Shown here: one piece after another, positions 1 through 9,714 of the stretch | How the letters are laid out: every line of letters starts with the position of its first letter | How positions within the stretch are numbered: position 1 is the stretch's first letter | Made by a program: the position numbers and the translations under genes | Notes under the pieces: model-generated | What the model was told of the DNA's origin: nothing | Seen by the model: only the letters and a program-made list of their open reading frames with translations | The model's database searches: none | DNA from: Candidatus Omnitrophota bacterium | GTDB taxonomy: Bacteria > Omnitrophota > Gorgyraeia > JABMSB01 | Assembly (NCBI GenBank): GCA_013202205.1 | Contig: JABMSB010000031.1 | Location: 310 to 64,309 of the forward strand | Length of the DNA stretch: 64,000 nucleotides | Direction: 5' to 3'

Positions 1-2039
1 GGGATGGCAGTGATGTACAAAAAGGGACATATGAGGCGACCTTCACCGCGTCGAATAATGAGGAGGAGGTATCAGAAACCATAGAGATTGTAATTGGTGA
101 CGGGATTGTCAACAATCCGCCCGTTTTCACGCAAGTGCCCTCCGGCACCGTAACACTAAGGTGTTTCGAATATTGGGGATATACGATTAGGGCCGAGGAT
201 CGGGACACGATAGCGGCCGATGCAGTTACTATAGAGAGGTTGGCCCCTGCCCAGGAGGATTGGCCGTCATCATGGCTGACCGAATCGCGGCTACCCGTTG
301 AGGCCAATCCGGCGGAGTTTACTTTAAGCGCTTATCCTATGGTTGCTTTCGAGGGTTCTATTACGCTGACATATAAAGCCACGGATAAAAGAGGGGCTTC
401 GACTACAGCGAGCTTTAAGATAACGGTGTTAAACAACCCGCCTGAGCCGCACAATCAGCAAGTTACAACGGACGAGGATACGGCTGTAACGATAACCCTT
501 GATGCAAGGGATGTGGAGCAGCAACCTTTGACGTATATTATAATGACCCAGCCCTCGCACGGCACGTTGCAGCAGGTTGGGCAGACGGCGGAGCTGACTT
601 ATACGCCTGCCGTAGACTATAACGGCACGGATTCATTTACATTCAAGGCAAATGACGGCGTAGATAACAGCGAGGAGGCGGGGACGGTTACGATTACGGT
701 AAGGCCGGTCAACGATCCGCCCACCTTAGACCCCTTTGATCCGAGCGAATATAATATAGATGAGGACGATACACTGACGGTAACCACCGTTGCGAATGAT
801 GTCGATGGAGACAGTCTGAGTTTCAGATTTACGTCATCGCCCCGCATGCCGGGCAGCCCGGATATCAACAGGCAGACGGGGGTTTTCAGGTGGCGCGCGC
901 CTTACGGCTCGGGCGGGCAGGCGTACACCGTTACGGTGACCGCGCGCGATATGCGCATGGAGACCGCCCCTCAGAGTTTTATTATACACGTCGATGACGT
1001 TAATGATCCGCCGATGCTTACCCTTGATCCATCGGGAGAAATAACAGCGATAGAAGGCAAACAGATACGTATCCGTGTCGCCGCCACTGACCTGGATACG
1101 CCGGCTGTTGCGATTGATATGGGCGTGGAAGGGTCGCTGCCGCAATTCGCCACATTTACGCCGGGGCCGGTGCTTGCGGCTGCGGGATCGTCCCAAGAGA
1201 AAACTTATTATTTCAATTGGCAACCACGCTTCTGGCAGGCTGGCAAGTACGCGGTGACGTTCTTTGCGGACGACGGTGAAAGCCAACGCGTATCAAAGAC
1301 GGTGATTATCCATGTCCTGGACGCGCCGAATAATGCACCCGAACTCTGGCTGGGCGGCATACCGGGAGAGGGAATGGGTGAACCGACGATGCCAGATGAG
1401 CTGATGTGGGAGGTAGAGGTCTGTGAAGGCGACCGCCTAGCCTTTCCGGTAAGAGCAAGAGACTTCTTAGATCGTGATCCGGTCACCGTCAGGTGGAATA
1501 TCAGTTCGCTCCCCGGAGCTGCCTGTGAATATGATGAGGGGCGGACACCTCCAAATTGCGAATGGTATATAGTCTACTACTTCGAATGGACCGTGGGAGA
1601 CGACCTTGTAGGACCGGGAGAGACCCGTGAATATGACGCGACTTTTTACGCGCTTGATGGAAAAGATACCACAACGAGGACGATGCGTTTTATAGTCAAA
1701 GATAAGAATACCCCGCCCGCCTTTCCTCACGGGTATCAGTACAGATACGGCCCCGCGGGCGTGGAGCTGCGTTGCGATGTGGTGGTATATGACTGGGAGG
1801 GGGATGAGGTCGCCATAATATGCCATAATCTTCCGCAGGGCGCCGAACTTCTTCCCGCGGTACGGACACCCTTATGGCATGATCCTTTACGTCCTCATAT
1901 GGTAAGGGTCAGCCGCACCCTGGTGTGGACGCCCGCAGTTGACCAGGTAGGGTTTCGAGGTCTCCATTTTACGGCATCTGACGGAAGGGCCGAAGATGAG
2001 ACAATTCTGAATGTACTTGTCACCCCTTCCTTAAACTGA
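1..2039 (+). CDS. Large secreted/surface protein with tandem cadherin-like (Big/VCBS-type) repeats; 5' end lies outside the window (frame open from nt 3)
   Basis: The frame is open from nt 3 through the listed ATG at 135. The repeats are ~100 aa and end in VNNPP/VNDPP motifs (VNNPPVF, VNNPPEP, VNDPPTL, VNDPPML). This is typical of cadherin-like or VCBS adhesin repeats. Confidence 0.7.
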   Translation, partial: DGSDVQKGTYEATFTASNNEEEVSETIEIVIGDGIVNNPPVFTQVPSGTVTLRCFEYWGYTIRAEDRDTIAADAVTIERLAPAQEDWPSSWLTESRLPVEANPAEFTLSAYPMVAFEGSITLTYKATDKRGASTTASFKITVLNNPPEPHNQQVTTDEDTAVTITLDARDVEQQPLTYIIMTQPSHGTLQQVGQTAELTYTPAVDYNGTDSFTFKANDGVDNSEEAGTVTITVRPVNDPPTLDPFDPSEYNIDEDDTLTVTTVANDVDGDSLSFRFTSSPRMPGSPDINRQTGVFRWRAPYGSGGQAYTVTVTARDMRMETAPQSFIIHVDDVNDPPMLTLDPSGEITAIEGKQIRIRVAATDLDTPAVAIDMGVEGSLPQFATFTPGPVLAAAGSSQEKTYYFNWQPRFWQAGKYAVTFFADDGESQRVSKTVIIHVLDAPNNAPELWLGGIPGEGMGEPTMPDELMWEVEVCEGDRLAFPVRARDFLDRDPVTVRWNISSLPGAACEYDEGRTPPNCEWYIVYYFEWTVGDDLVGPGETREYDATFYALDGKDTTTRTMRFIVKDKNTPPAFPHGYQYRYGPAGVELRCDVVVYDWEGDEVAIICHNLPQGAELLPAVRTPLWHDPLRPHMVRVSRTLVWTPAVDQVGFRGLHFTASDGRAEDETILNVLVTPSLN

Positions 2040-2049
2040 GTTATAAACG

Positions 2050-2098
2050 CTTTACGTAACACAAACTATAATAATCGGTTACTGCCAAAATAATAATC
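2050..2098 (+). repeat. Conserved ~50-bp 3'-flanking element, copy 1 (CTTTACGTAACACAAAC ... GTTACTG..AAAATAA.ATC)
   Basis: The 17-nt core is identical to copy 2. It contains the inverted halves GTAAC / GTTAC. Confidence 0.6.
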
Positions 2099-2153
2099 TT
2101 ATAACAGAGATAGGTTGTTACTATAACAGTAAATAAAAAGGGGAGGGGCCAAG

Positions 2154-3257
2154 ATGATTAAGAAGATATTGAGTATGGTGTTGGTGATAGGGATAGTGAT
2201 GCTGAATGTACCCACAGGTGTATTTGCGGATCCGCCTCTGGCCCCGGAAGATGATATTATTCCCGAGGGAGTTGGAAGCGACCCGGACTATGATCCACCG
2301 GAGTACGTTCCACCAGAATACGGCAATATGGACTCAACCCCGGGCGAGGACGGCTCTACCGAAGCAGATGCTGCAAACGCGCCGACAGAGGGATCGATAC
2401 CAGAAGTAGATGCAGCAGATTCCGAATATGATGATCTGAATGATACCCTCGGTGGCTGTGACGGCTCCCCCCACACACAGGATTCCGACGGAGACGGTTA
2501 TACCGATGAAGAGGAGGAGTTAGCCGGTACGAATCCGGATGATTTCGACGATAATATCGAGACGCAATGCGATCTGGTAATCGTCATCATAGAGACCCCT
2601 GATCCTAACGATGAGGATCCCGAGTATTTTGTATTCGTACCCCACGAAGACTCCACTGTTGAGGAGCCGATTGTGCAACCCGCCGATCCTAACAGCGACC
2701 TATATGATCAGCTTCTTTTCGATCCAGATGCCTGGGTTTATATAACATTACCAGATGATATAGATCAGTGGGAAGATGATATGAATGATCTGGCAGATGG
2801 CCTTGAGGATTTTGCGGCCGATATTTATGGGATTGATATAACCGTTAATCCTGTGCCTGTAGACGAACCATCCGATCTGATGGAAAATGAGGATTTTGTA
2901 GGTGGTATAGGTGATAACCATCCTGCAGGTATGGCTGATGATGAGACTGGCACGATAGACTTATATTGTGTCGTCTGTAATGCATATTCTGCGGAATACA
3001 TAGGATGCCATGAGATAGTTCATATAGTGATCCCGGAGCTTGAACATGGTGACCTCTTTGATGAATGTACCGAAGTCGTATTAGATATGTTTGAGAGGTG
3101 GCAAGAAGAACAATTATCTGATTATGGCAGTGATGAGGCCGATATGAAAGATCTCCTCTATGGCGAGGAAGAGCCGCCACATACTCCAGGCTTTACTGAT
3201 GAGGAACTTGCGGAGATGGAGGCTGCAGCCGAGGCTGCTGCTGCAGAGGCAGAATAA
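2154..3257 (+). CDS. Secreted, extremely acidic (D/E-rich) protein with thrombospondin-type-3-like Ca-binding motifs and a C-terminal HExxH/Cys cluster
   Basis: RBS aaaaagggga upstream. N-terminal signal peptide MIKKILSMVLVIGIVMLNVPTGVFA. Motif DSDGDGYTDEEEELAGTNPDD. Motif CVVCNAYSAEYIGCHEIVHIVIPELEHGD...DEC near the C-terminus. Poly-Ala/Glu tail. Confidence 0.6.
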   Translation: MIKKILSMVLVIGIVMLNVPTGVFADPPLAPEDDIIPEGVGSDPDYDPPEYVPPEYGNMDSTPGEDGSTEADAANAPTEGSIPEVDAADSEYDDLNDTLGGCDGSPHTQDSDGDGYTDEEEELAGTNPDDFDDNIETQCDLVIVIIETPDPNDEDPEYFVFVPHEDSTVEEPIVQPADPNSDLYDQLLFDPDAWVYITLPDDIDQWEDDMNDLADGLEDFAADIYGIDITVNPVPVDEPSDLMENEDFVGGIGDNHPAGMADDETGTIDLYCVVCNAYSAEYIGCHEIVHIVIPELEHGDLFDECTEVVLDMFERWQEEQLSDYGSDEADMKDLLYGEEEPPHTPGFTDEELAEMEAAAEAAAAEAE

Positions 3258-3292
3258 AAAGATAGACGAAGAGTTATAGAGAGCTACAGACA

Positions 3293-3341
3293 CTTTACGT
3301 AACACAAACGGCGATAAGCTGTTACTGATAAAATAAGATCC
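3293..3341 (+). repeat. Conserved ~50-bp 3'-flanking element, copy 2
   Basis: CTTTACGTAACACAAAC is identical to copy 1. It is followed by GTTACTGATAAAATAAGATC; copy 1 reads GTTACTGCCAAAATAATAATC. Confidence 0.6.
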
Positions 3342-3397
3342 TAATGAGATAAGTTACCCAATAGAATAATGGGGTATCTTCCTTATGTGCCAGTGGC

Positions 3398-3420
3398 GCA
3401 AAGGGGGGTACCCCTTTTTA
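3398..3420 (+). terminator. Rho-independent terminator-like hairpin (AAAGGGGGGTACCCCTTTTT)
   Basis: GC-rich palindrome GGGGTACCCC flanked by A- and T-runs, downstream of the acidic protein gene. Confidence 0.5.
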
Positions 3421-3421
3421 G

Positions 3422-3450
3422 TTGACAATATAGATATAATTAGCTACAAT
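3422..3450 (+). promoter_or_regulatory. Near-consensus sigma70 promoter TTGACA-N17-TACAAT driving the hisG leader
   Basis: TTGACA at 3422-3427, 17-nt spacer, TACAAT at 3445-3450. Confidence 0.55.
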
Positions 3451-3609
3451 ATGTGGGCGTGAAGAAACGAAGAGCGAAAAAGATAAAGGTCAGGCGTACT
3501 TGGCGGATTAAGCCGATCACCAAGGTCAAAGAGAGCAATAAGCTCTACTCGCGCAGGAGGAGTAAGCGCAAGCTCAGAAAACGCCTGGAAAAAGAAGGAT
3601 TAATTTTCG

Positions 3610-4479
3610 ATGGGACTTAAGCTCGGTATACCTAAAGGCAGTCTGCAGGAAGCGACTGTGCGCATGTTCAAGAAGGCGGGGTTTAATGTAACTATAAGCT
3701 CGCGCTCATATTACCCGTCTATCGATGACCCGGAGATAGAAGCGGTACTCTTTCGCGCGCAGGAGATGTCACGCTATATCGAAGAGGGTGTGCTCGATTG
3801 TGGCTTAACCGGCAGCGATTGGATAAGAGAGAACTCCTCTAAAGTAGTCCATGTAGCAAAACTTGTATATGCCAAGCAGGGCGCGCGGCCGGTCCGATGG
3901 GTCCTTGCCGTACCTGTGAATTCCAACATAAAGAGCGTTAAAGATCTCAAGGGTAAGCGCATAGCTACAGAGCTCGTTAAGGCGACGAAGAAATATCTCA
4001 GAAAAAATAAGGTGCGTGCCGATGTAGAGTTTAGTTGGGGCGCCACAGAAGTTAAGACAAACCTCGGCATCGACGCCATAGTAGAACTTACAGAGACCGG
4101 CTCGAGCCTGCGCGCTAACAACCTAAGGATAGTAGATACTGTATGCGAATCGGTTACAGAGCTTATAGCCAACAAGTCCGCCTGGCGCAACAGACGCAAG
4201 CGCGCAAAGATAGAAGCGCTCGCCCTGCTTTTAAAAGGGGCTGTTCTTGCAGAGGGCAAGGTTGGGCTTAAGATGAACGTATCGGATAAGAATCTGAAGA
4301 GGGTTCTCAAGATACTGCCCGCCATGAAGAAACCTACCATCTCATGTTTGAGCCAGGACGGGTGGTTTGACGTAGATACGATCATAGACGAGGAGACGGT
4401 AAAGACTATTATACCCAGGCTTAAAGCAGCAGGCGCACAGGGTATAATAGAATATCCGCTGAATAAAGTTATTTATTGA
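3610..4479 (+). CDS. hisG: ATP phosphoribosyltransferase, long form with C-terminal regulatory domain
   Basis: 289 aa. N-terminus [14 protein letters not shown]. The length matches long-form HisG. RBS aagaagga upstream. Confidence 0.85.
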   Translation: MGLKLGIPKGSLQEATVRMFKKAGFNVTISSRSYYPSIDDPEIEAVLFRAQEMSRYIEEGVLDCGLTGSDWIRENSSKVVHVAKLVYAKQGARPVRWVLAVPVNSNIKSVKDLKGKRIATELVKATKKYLRKNKVRADVEFSWGATEVKTNLGIDAIVELTETGSSLRANNLRIVDTVCESVTELIANKSAWRNRRKRAKIEALALLLKGAVLAEGKVGLKMNVSDKNLKRVLKILPAMKKPTISCLSQDGWFDVDTIIDEETVKTIIPRLKAAGAQGIIEYPLNKVIY

Positions 4480-4507
4480 TATCCATGTAGTCTAAAGGAG
4501 AGAATCT

Positions 4508-4609
4508 ATGCCTTGCGGCAGGAAGAGAAAGAGAAAGAAGATGGCGAAGCACAAGAGGAAGAAGAGGCTTCGTCGCGATAGACATAAGAAAAAAGCCTGG
4601 TTTAAATAA
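4508..4609 (+). CDS. Unannotated 33-aa highly basic ORF, candidate bS22-like small ribosomal protein (MPCGRKRKRKKMAKHKRKKRLRRDRHKKKAWFK)
   Basis: Strong RBS AAAGGAGAG sits 7 nt upstream of the ATG. The composition and length resemble the mycobacterial/Bacteroidetes bS22 family. It is not in the ORF track because it is under 60 aa. Confidence 0.45.
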   Translation: MPCGRKRKRKKMAKHKRKKRLRRDRHKKKAWFK

Positions 4610-4625
4610 TAGATAGAGCCCTATT

Positions 4626-6206
4626 TTGACACCCGTTAGGTTTCGCTCAAAATTATTTCTATACCTCCAAGCAATAGCAATCGCCATGACTTTAAGTGGT
4701 GGTTTGTCTGAAGGGGCAATCGATCGTACCAACCTCCTTGACGCGATCAAGTCAGAGAAGGTCGTTCCGTTTAAGAAGACGGTCCACTCGGAAGCGCTGC
4801 GCCATTTTACAAAGGGCAGTCTCCACGACAGGGCAGGAGATATTACCAAGGCGATAGAGGAGTACGAGAAGGCGGCTGAGCTCGACAAAGAAGCAACACA
4901 TATCCGCATGCGCCTTGGCAAGACCTACGTCTTCATCGGAAGGTTCGAAGATGCCATCGTGGAGTTTGAGGCGGTCAAATCGCTCGACCCCGAAGATCCA
5001 AGACCCCGGTTTCTACTCGCCATAATATATACCAATCTGGGCAGATTTGATAATGCGGCTAGCCAGTATGAGGAGATACTCGATAGCTCCTCAGATAACC
5101 TATTGGCGCTTACGTCACTGGCCGATCTTTATGTATTGCAGGACAAGATAGAAGAGGCCGTCAGTCTTTATAATACGCTCATTGAAAAGGGCAATGCCTC
5201 ACCCCAGATCTACTTTAACCTCGGCATTATATACAGCAAGCTCGAGAGGATAGACGAGGCAATAGCGGCGGAGAAGAAGGCCCTTGAGATCGAACCCCAA
5301 TACCTCGAAGCGCAGCTGGCCTTAGGTGTCCTCTATGAAGCGAAAAAAGATTTCGAATCTGCGGTAAAGGCTTATGAGAAGGTCCTGGAGGTCGACCCAT
5401 TAAACATAAGGGTCTATCACAACTTAGGACGTGCCTACTATAAGCTTGATAGGATAGAAGATGCGGTTCACCAGTATGAGTTGCTTCTGAAGCTCAAGCC
5501 GGGCGATGTTGCGGCACTCCTTGAACTTACCCATATCTATGTGAGCAAGGAGAGGTTTAAAGAAGCGATAGAACTGCTAGAGACAGCCATTGACGAGGGC
5601 GCGGATCACAGAGAGATTTTGATGTCTCTCGGGTTTGCTCTGGGCCGCGACAAGAAATTCGATGATGCGATCAAGATCTATAAAGAGGTGCTTAAGAGAG
5701 AACCAAATAATCCTCATATCAGATTTTATTTGGGCGCGGCATATGAGAGAGCCGGCCAAAGAGAATCTGCCGTAACTGAATTCAGGAAGGCCATAGAGCT
5801 CGATTCAGGGATGGCGAACGCATATAATTATCTCGGTTACATGTATATAGAGCGCGGTGAAAATCTCAATGAATCGATAGAGCTGGTTAAGAAGGCCCTC
5901 GAGATGGAACCGGAGAATGGTGCTTTCATAGACAGCCTTGGTTGGGGGTATTTTAAAAAGGGGATGGTCGATGAGGCGATCAATGAGCTTGAGCGGGCCG
6001 CTGAGATTTATGGCGAGGATCCTGTCATACAGGACCACCTGGGGGATGTATACGAAAAGAAGGAATTGCACGAAAAGGCGATAGCGCAGTGGACAAAGTC
6101 TTTAAAGTTAGATCCGACCCAGAAAAAAGTCAGCAATAAATTGGAGAGGCTAAAAAAAGATATAAAAACCGAAAGACAAAAGGCGAATGCCAAGGCAGAG
6201 AATTAA
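4626..6206 (+). CDS. Tetratricopeptide-repeat protein (~12 TPRs), possibly secreted; start uncertain (TTG 4626 or ATG 4686)
   Basis: Repeated TPR consensus (A..Y..LG..Y......EA...Y..AL..DP) along the whole protein. There is an N-terminal hydrophobic stretch if the TTG start is used. Confidence 0.75.
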   Translation: MTPVRFRSKLFLYLQAIAIAMTLSGGLSEGAIDRTNLLDAIKSEKVVPFKKTVHSEALRHFTKGSLHDRAGDITKAIEEYEKAAELDKEATHIRMRLGKTYVFIGRFEDAIVEFEAVKSLDPEDPRPRFLLAIIYTNLGRFDNAASQYEEILDSSSDNLLALTSLADLYVLQDKIEEAVSLYNTLIEKGNASPQIYFNLGIIYSKLERIDEAIAAEKKALEIEPQYLEAQLALGVLYEAKKDFESAVKAYEKVLEVDPLNIRVYHNLGRAYYKLDRIEDAVHQYELLLKLKPGDVAALLELTHIYVSKERFKEAIELLETAIDEGADHREILMSLGFALGRDKKFDDAIKIYKEVLKREPNNPHIRFYLGAAYERAGQRESAVTEFRKAIELDSGMANAYNYLGYMYIERGENLNESIELVKKALEMEPENGAFIDSLGWGYFKKGMVDEAINELERAAEIYGEDPVIQDHLGDVYEKKELHEKAIAQWTKSLKLDPTQKKVSNKLERLKKDIKTERQKANAKAEN

Positions 6207-6210
6207 TACT

Positions 6211-7053
6211 ATGAAGAGACCCGATATAAAAAGTCTAAAGCGTAAGGCAGTAAGCATGCGTAAGGATATACTTATCATGCTTGAGCGCGCAGGTTCAGGA
6301 CACACAGGCGGCTCATTATCAGAGGTGGAGATCTTGCTGGGCCTTTACCAGTACAAGCTGAAACATGATCCCAAGAAGCCTGAGTGGGATGGCCGAGACC
6401 GTTTTATCCTCTCGAAAGGACATGGCTGCCCGGCCCTCTACGCAATCCTTGCGGATTGCGGATACTTTCCCAAGGAGGAGCTGGTTACTTTAAGGAAGTT
6501 TGGTTCGCGCTTGCAAGGCCACCCGCAATTGGGCTTGCCGGGGCTTGAGATATCGAGCGGCTCTTTGGGGCAGGGGCTTTCTATTGCGGCAGGGATGGCT
6601 CTTGGCGCCCATCTCGATAAGAAACCGATACGGGTCTACTGTCTCCTGGGAGACGGCGAAACGAACGAAGGCCAGATCTGGGAGGCAGTCATGACAGCCT
6701 CACATTATAGTCTCGATAGCCTGTGCGCGATCATAGATTATAACAAGCTGCAGATCGACGGGCTCTGTTGCGATACGATGAAGATGAACTCCATGCATAA
6801 GCAGTGGGAGTCGTTTGGTTGGCATGTAATAGAGGCGGATGGGCATGATATAGAAGCTATGATGGATGCCTATGATGAAGCAGAGAAGATAAAGGGCAAA
6901 CCGACTGTAATATTGGCGCACACAATAAAGGGCAAAGGCATATCCTTCATAGAGGGCAAGGCAAAGTGGCATGGTATAGCCCCTAAGAAGGATGAATTAG
7001 AGAAGGCCCTTGCTGAATTAGATGAAGAATTAAAGAGAGTCGAAAAGGGGTGA
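6211..7053 (+). CDS. Transketolase, N-terminal (TPP-binding) subunit of a split transketolase; ORF-track start 6187, ATG 6211 preferred
   Basis: GHTGGSLSEVEILLGLYQY and GHGCPALYAIL motifs. About 280 aa, as in split transketolases. The 6211 start avoids overlap with the upstream stop at 6206. Confidence 0.85.
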   Translation: MKRPDIKSLKRKAVSMRKDILIMLERAGSGHTGGSLSEVEILLGLYQYKLKHDPKKPEWDGRDRFILSKGHGCPALYAILADCGYFPKEELVTLRKFGSRLQGHPQLGLPGLEISSGSLGQGLSIAAGMALGAHLDKKPIRVYCLLGDGETNEGQIWEAVMTASHYSLDSLCAIIDYNKLQIDGLCCDTMKMNSMHKQWESFGWHVIEADGHDIEAMMDAYDEAEKIKGKPTVILAHTIKGKGISFIEGKAKWHGIAPKKDELEKALAELDEELKRVEKG

Positions 7054-7059
7054 TCCTAT

Positions 7060-8685
7060 ATGGCAACGAGCCGTAAGATAAAATTATTCTTATCAAATAA
7101 CTGGGGAATATTTGCAGTAATCATCTTTCTGGGTTTTATTCTCTTTGCTCCGATATACGCGCTTTCGAAGGTCGATTCATATCAGCGCGTCTATCTGGTC
7201 TCCTGGCTTTCAACGATGGGACTTCAGGCAACGGTCCACTCTGTAATATTTGTTACTTGTTTGTGGTGGCTCCAATATCGCGGAGGTTTTTCCAAGCTCT
7301 CAATCAAAAGGATTAAAAATCAATTTGTGAATGTCAGATGGGACGACGTAATAGGTATCGATGAAGCAAAACAAGAATCATGGGAAGTGGTCCAGCTCAT
7401 AAAGGACCGGGCACGCCTTCTGAAGATAGGGGGCAAAATCTTGCGCGGTCTCCTTTTGGTCGGGCCGCCCGGATGCGGCAAGACTATGCTGGCAAGGGCG
7501 ATAGCGACGGAGTCGAATGTACCATTCCTATCTATGTCCGCAAGCGGATTTGTTGAGGTCTATGTAGGTGTGGGCGCTTCACGCGTGCGGCAGCTCTTTA
7601 AGAATGCGCGCAAGCTCGCCTACGCATACGGGGCATGTATCGTCTTTATCGATGAGCTCGACGCGATAGCCCGTCGCAGGGTCTTCTCAGGTTCCGGTGG
7701 TTCGGAAGAGACAAACTCGACACAGAACCAGCTCCTTGCCGAAATGGATGGGTTGAAGGATAAAGATCACAACGTTATCGTCATAGGGGCCACAAATGCC
7801 GTTGAGGACATACTCGACTCGGCACTCCTTAGGCCCGGCAGGTTCGACCGTAGGGTATATGTAGATGTCCCCGGCCTTGAAGGAAGGGAAAAGTTATTCC
7901 ATCACTATTTAAAGAAGATCAAACACGATCCCGCACTCGATATAGGACGTCTCGCGAGAAAGACCGTTTACAAGTCACCGGCTGACATAGAGGGCATTAT
8001 CAAGGAGGCTGCACTTATTTCGATAAGAAACAAGAAAGACGTCGTTGATATGTCTGATATGTCGGAGGCGATAGAGCGCATAGATATGGGCATAAAACGC
8101 AAGCGGAAGATGACGGATCGCGAACGGGAGATGACGGCCTATCATGAGACGGGACATCTCGTCGTTCTCTGTGAACTCCATCCCACAGACGACGTCTTTA
8201 AGGCATCTATAATATTAAGACGTGAAACCCTAGGCGTAGTCTATCACCAGCCGCGGGAAGAAATTTTCACACATGACAGAGATAGGTTGATGGCTGAGAT
8301 AAAGGTTGCCCTCGGAGGTTATGTCGCGGAGAAGGTAAAGTTCAGCGTGACATCGAGCGGTGTCCAGTCAGATTTTCAAAAAGCTATGGCAGTTGCCCAT
8401 AACATGGTATGGCGTTTTGGCATGAGCGATGCAAATATGCTCGGTGATTACACAGTGATCCCTGCAGGACAGCTCTCGGATAATGTTAAAGAGAAGCTTA
8501 ATTCCGAGACCTCCAAGATAATCCAGCAATGCATGATTGAGGTAGAGGGGCTCTTCAAAAAAGAGTGGGGCCTCGTCGAGATCTTTGCCAAGGAGCTGCT
8601 TAAGAAAGAAGAATTGGAATACGACGAAATAGAGAAGATCTTCGCCGATTATCGTAAGACACACCCTCGCAAAAAAGAGGGATAG
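7060..8685 (+). CDS. FtsH-like membrane AAA+ zinc metalloprotease paralog (two N-terminal TM helices, short periplasmic loop)
   Basis: Walker A GPPGCGKT. AAA second region of homology. HETGH zinc motif. 541 aa. Confidence 0.8.
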   Translation: MATSRKIKLFLSNNWGIFAVIIFLGFILFAPIYALSKVDSYQRVYLVSWLSTMGLQATVHSVIFVTCLWWLQYRGGFSKLSIKRIKNQFVNVRWDDVIGIDEAKQESWEVVQLIKDRARLLKIGGKILRGLLLVGPPGCGKTMLARAIATESNVPFLSMSASGFVEVYVGVGASRVRQLFKNARKLAYAYGACIVFIDELDAIARRRVFSGSGGSEETNSTQNQLLAEMDGLKDKDHNVIVIGATNAVEDILDSALLRPGRFDRRVYVDVPGLEGREKLFHHYLKKIKHDPALDIGRLARKTVYKSPADIEGIIKEAALISIRNKKDVVDMSDMSEAIERIDMGIKRKRKMTDREREMTAYHETGHLVVLCELHPTDDVFKASIILRRETLGVVYHQPREEIFTHDRDRLMAEIKVALGGYVAEKVKFSVTSSGVQSDFQKAMAVAHNMVWRFGMSDANMLGDYTVIPAGQLSDNVKEKLNSETSKIIQQCMIEVEGLFKKEWGLVEIFAKELLKKEELEYDEIEKIFADYRKTHPRKKEG

Positions 8686-9714
8686 ATGCAGGGCTACTTC
8701 CGAACCCAAAGTTGGCTGTACACGCGCTCATTGACTGGTTTTTTTATCTGCGTATTATTCTTTGCCACAAGCGGTTGCGGCAGACCTACCTTTTCCAAAG
8801 AGCGGTTGGCGGAATCTCTTGTAGAATTATGCGAGAGAGATTACGGCCTTAAGGGAGTAAAAGCAAAACTGCACGGCAATGTGCTGGGCGCCTACTACTC
8901 GGCGGATAGATTGCTGAATGACAATTTTTGGCTCTCGGAGGAGTCGAGTGAAAAATCGTTCAGGCTTATTACGGCCATATCACGCGTAAGCGTATCAACA
9001 GATGCCGAGGTCGATTTCTATTGTGTCGTATACCAGGATACAAGGTTCCCCGAAGTAGAGTTAGTTCTATTGGGCGAAGTCGATGATGTCAAGAGGGCTG
9101 ACATGTGGGCCCTCTCACCGGATGAGCTGAATGCGCGCCGTCTTGTAGACCTGAAGGCCTCACCCGAGATAAAGAGGGGGGAGATGCTAAAAGCCCTCTT
9201 TACCAAGATGGGCCTTGAGACAACACTGGCCGACCAATTTATGGGCGGCTACTTATCCGGCGGCATCGCTGAGTCGATTGACGATATAGGATATTGGAAC
9301 GGAAGGTTCTTTCTTAAGGAAATAGAATTCGAGGAATTTCTGGCCAGTCAGGTAGCCAACCGCCTGCGACTCATGATATCGCAGGATACACGTTTTGTAG
9401 AGCTGGCTACGGTACAGGTTGATGGCGAGTTCGATCCGAATCCGCCTAATTCAGGGTTCACTCTTGATGTAAACCTCTTTACCGGTGACGCTGAAGTAAT
9501 TGACGCATCAATAAGCGAAGAGAAATTAAGAGAGCTCTTCGAAAGTTCATTTATACTGATCGCCGACATATTGGATGGGTATCACTTTTGGGATTTTGAT
9601 CGCGCCAGGATCTATGTAAAGAATACGGGTACAGAGCGAAGCGCCGATTCCGCAGGACTAAAGGAATTATACGAAAAAAAGAGAGAAGCTAGTGACATCA
9701 TACGAGGTAAATAA
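8686..9714 (+). CDS. Hypothetical lipoprotein (lipobox ATSGC)
   Basis: Signal peptide with an SGC lipobox. I recognise no family. Start and stop are coupled to the flanking genes. Confidence 0.6.
   Translation: MQGYFRTQSWLYTRSLTGFFICVLFFATSGCGRPTFSKERLAESLVELCERDYGLKGVKAKLHGNVLGAYYSADRLLNDNFWLSEESSEKSFRLITAISRVSVSTDAEVDFYCVVYQDTRFPEVELVLLGEVDDVKRADMWALSPDELNARRLVDLKASPEIKRGEMLKALFTKMGLETTLADQFMGGYLSGGIAESIDDIGYWNGRFFLKEIEFEEFLASQVANRLRLMISQDTRFVELATVQVDGEFDPNPPNSGFTLDVNLFTGDAEVIDASISEEKLRELFESSFILIADILDGYHFWDFDRARIYVKNTGTERSADSAGLKELYEKKREASDIIRGK

Noticed and set aside
617-2000. Antisense and overlapping ORFs inside the cadherin-repeat gene (617-868, 834-1286, 971-1153, 1208-1486, 1467-1826 minus strand; 1075-1257 plus strand)
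   Set aside because: They are embedded in a long, repeat-rich coding frame on the opposite strand or in another frame. They have no RBS and are typical GC-rich spurious ORFs. The same applies to the other short antisense ORFs throughout the track.
3459-3620. 53-aa basic ORF (VKKRRAKKIKVRR...) upstream of hisG as a protein-coding gene
   Set aside because: It has a GTG start 2 nt after the predicted transcription start and no RBS. I treat it as a leader RNA. I keep it as a finding, not a CDS feature.
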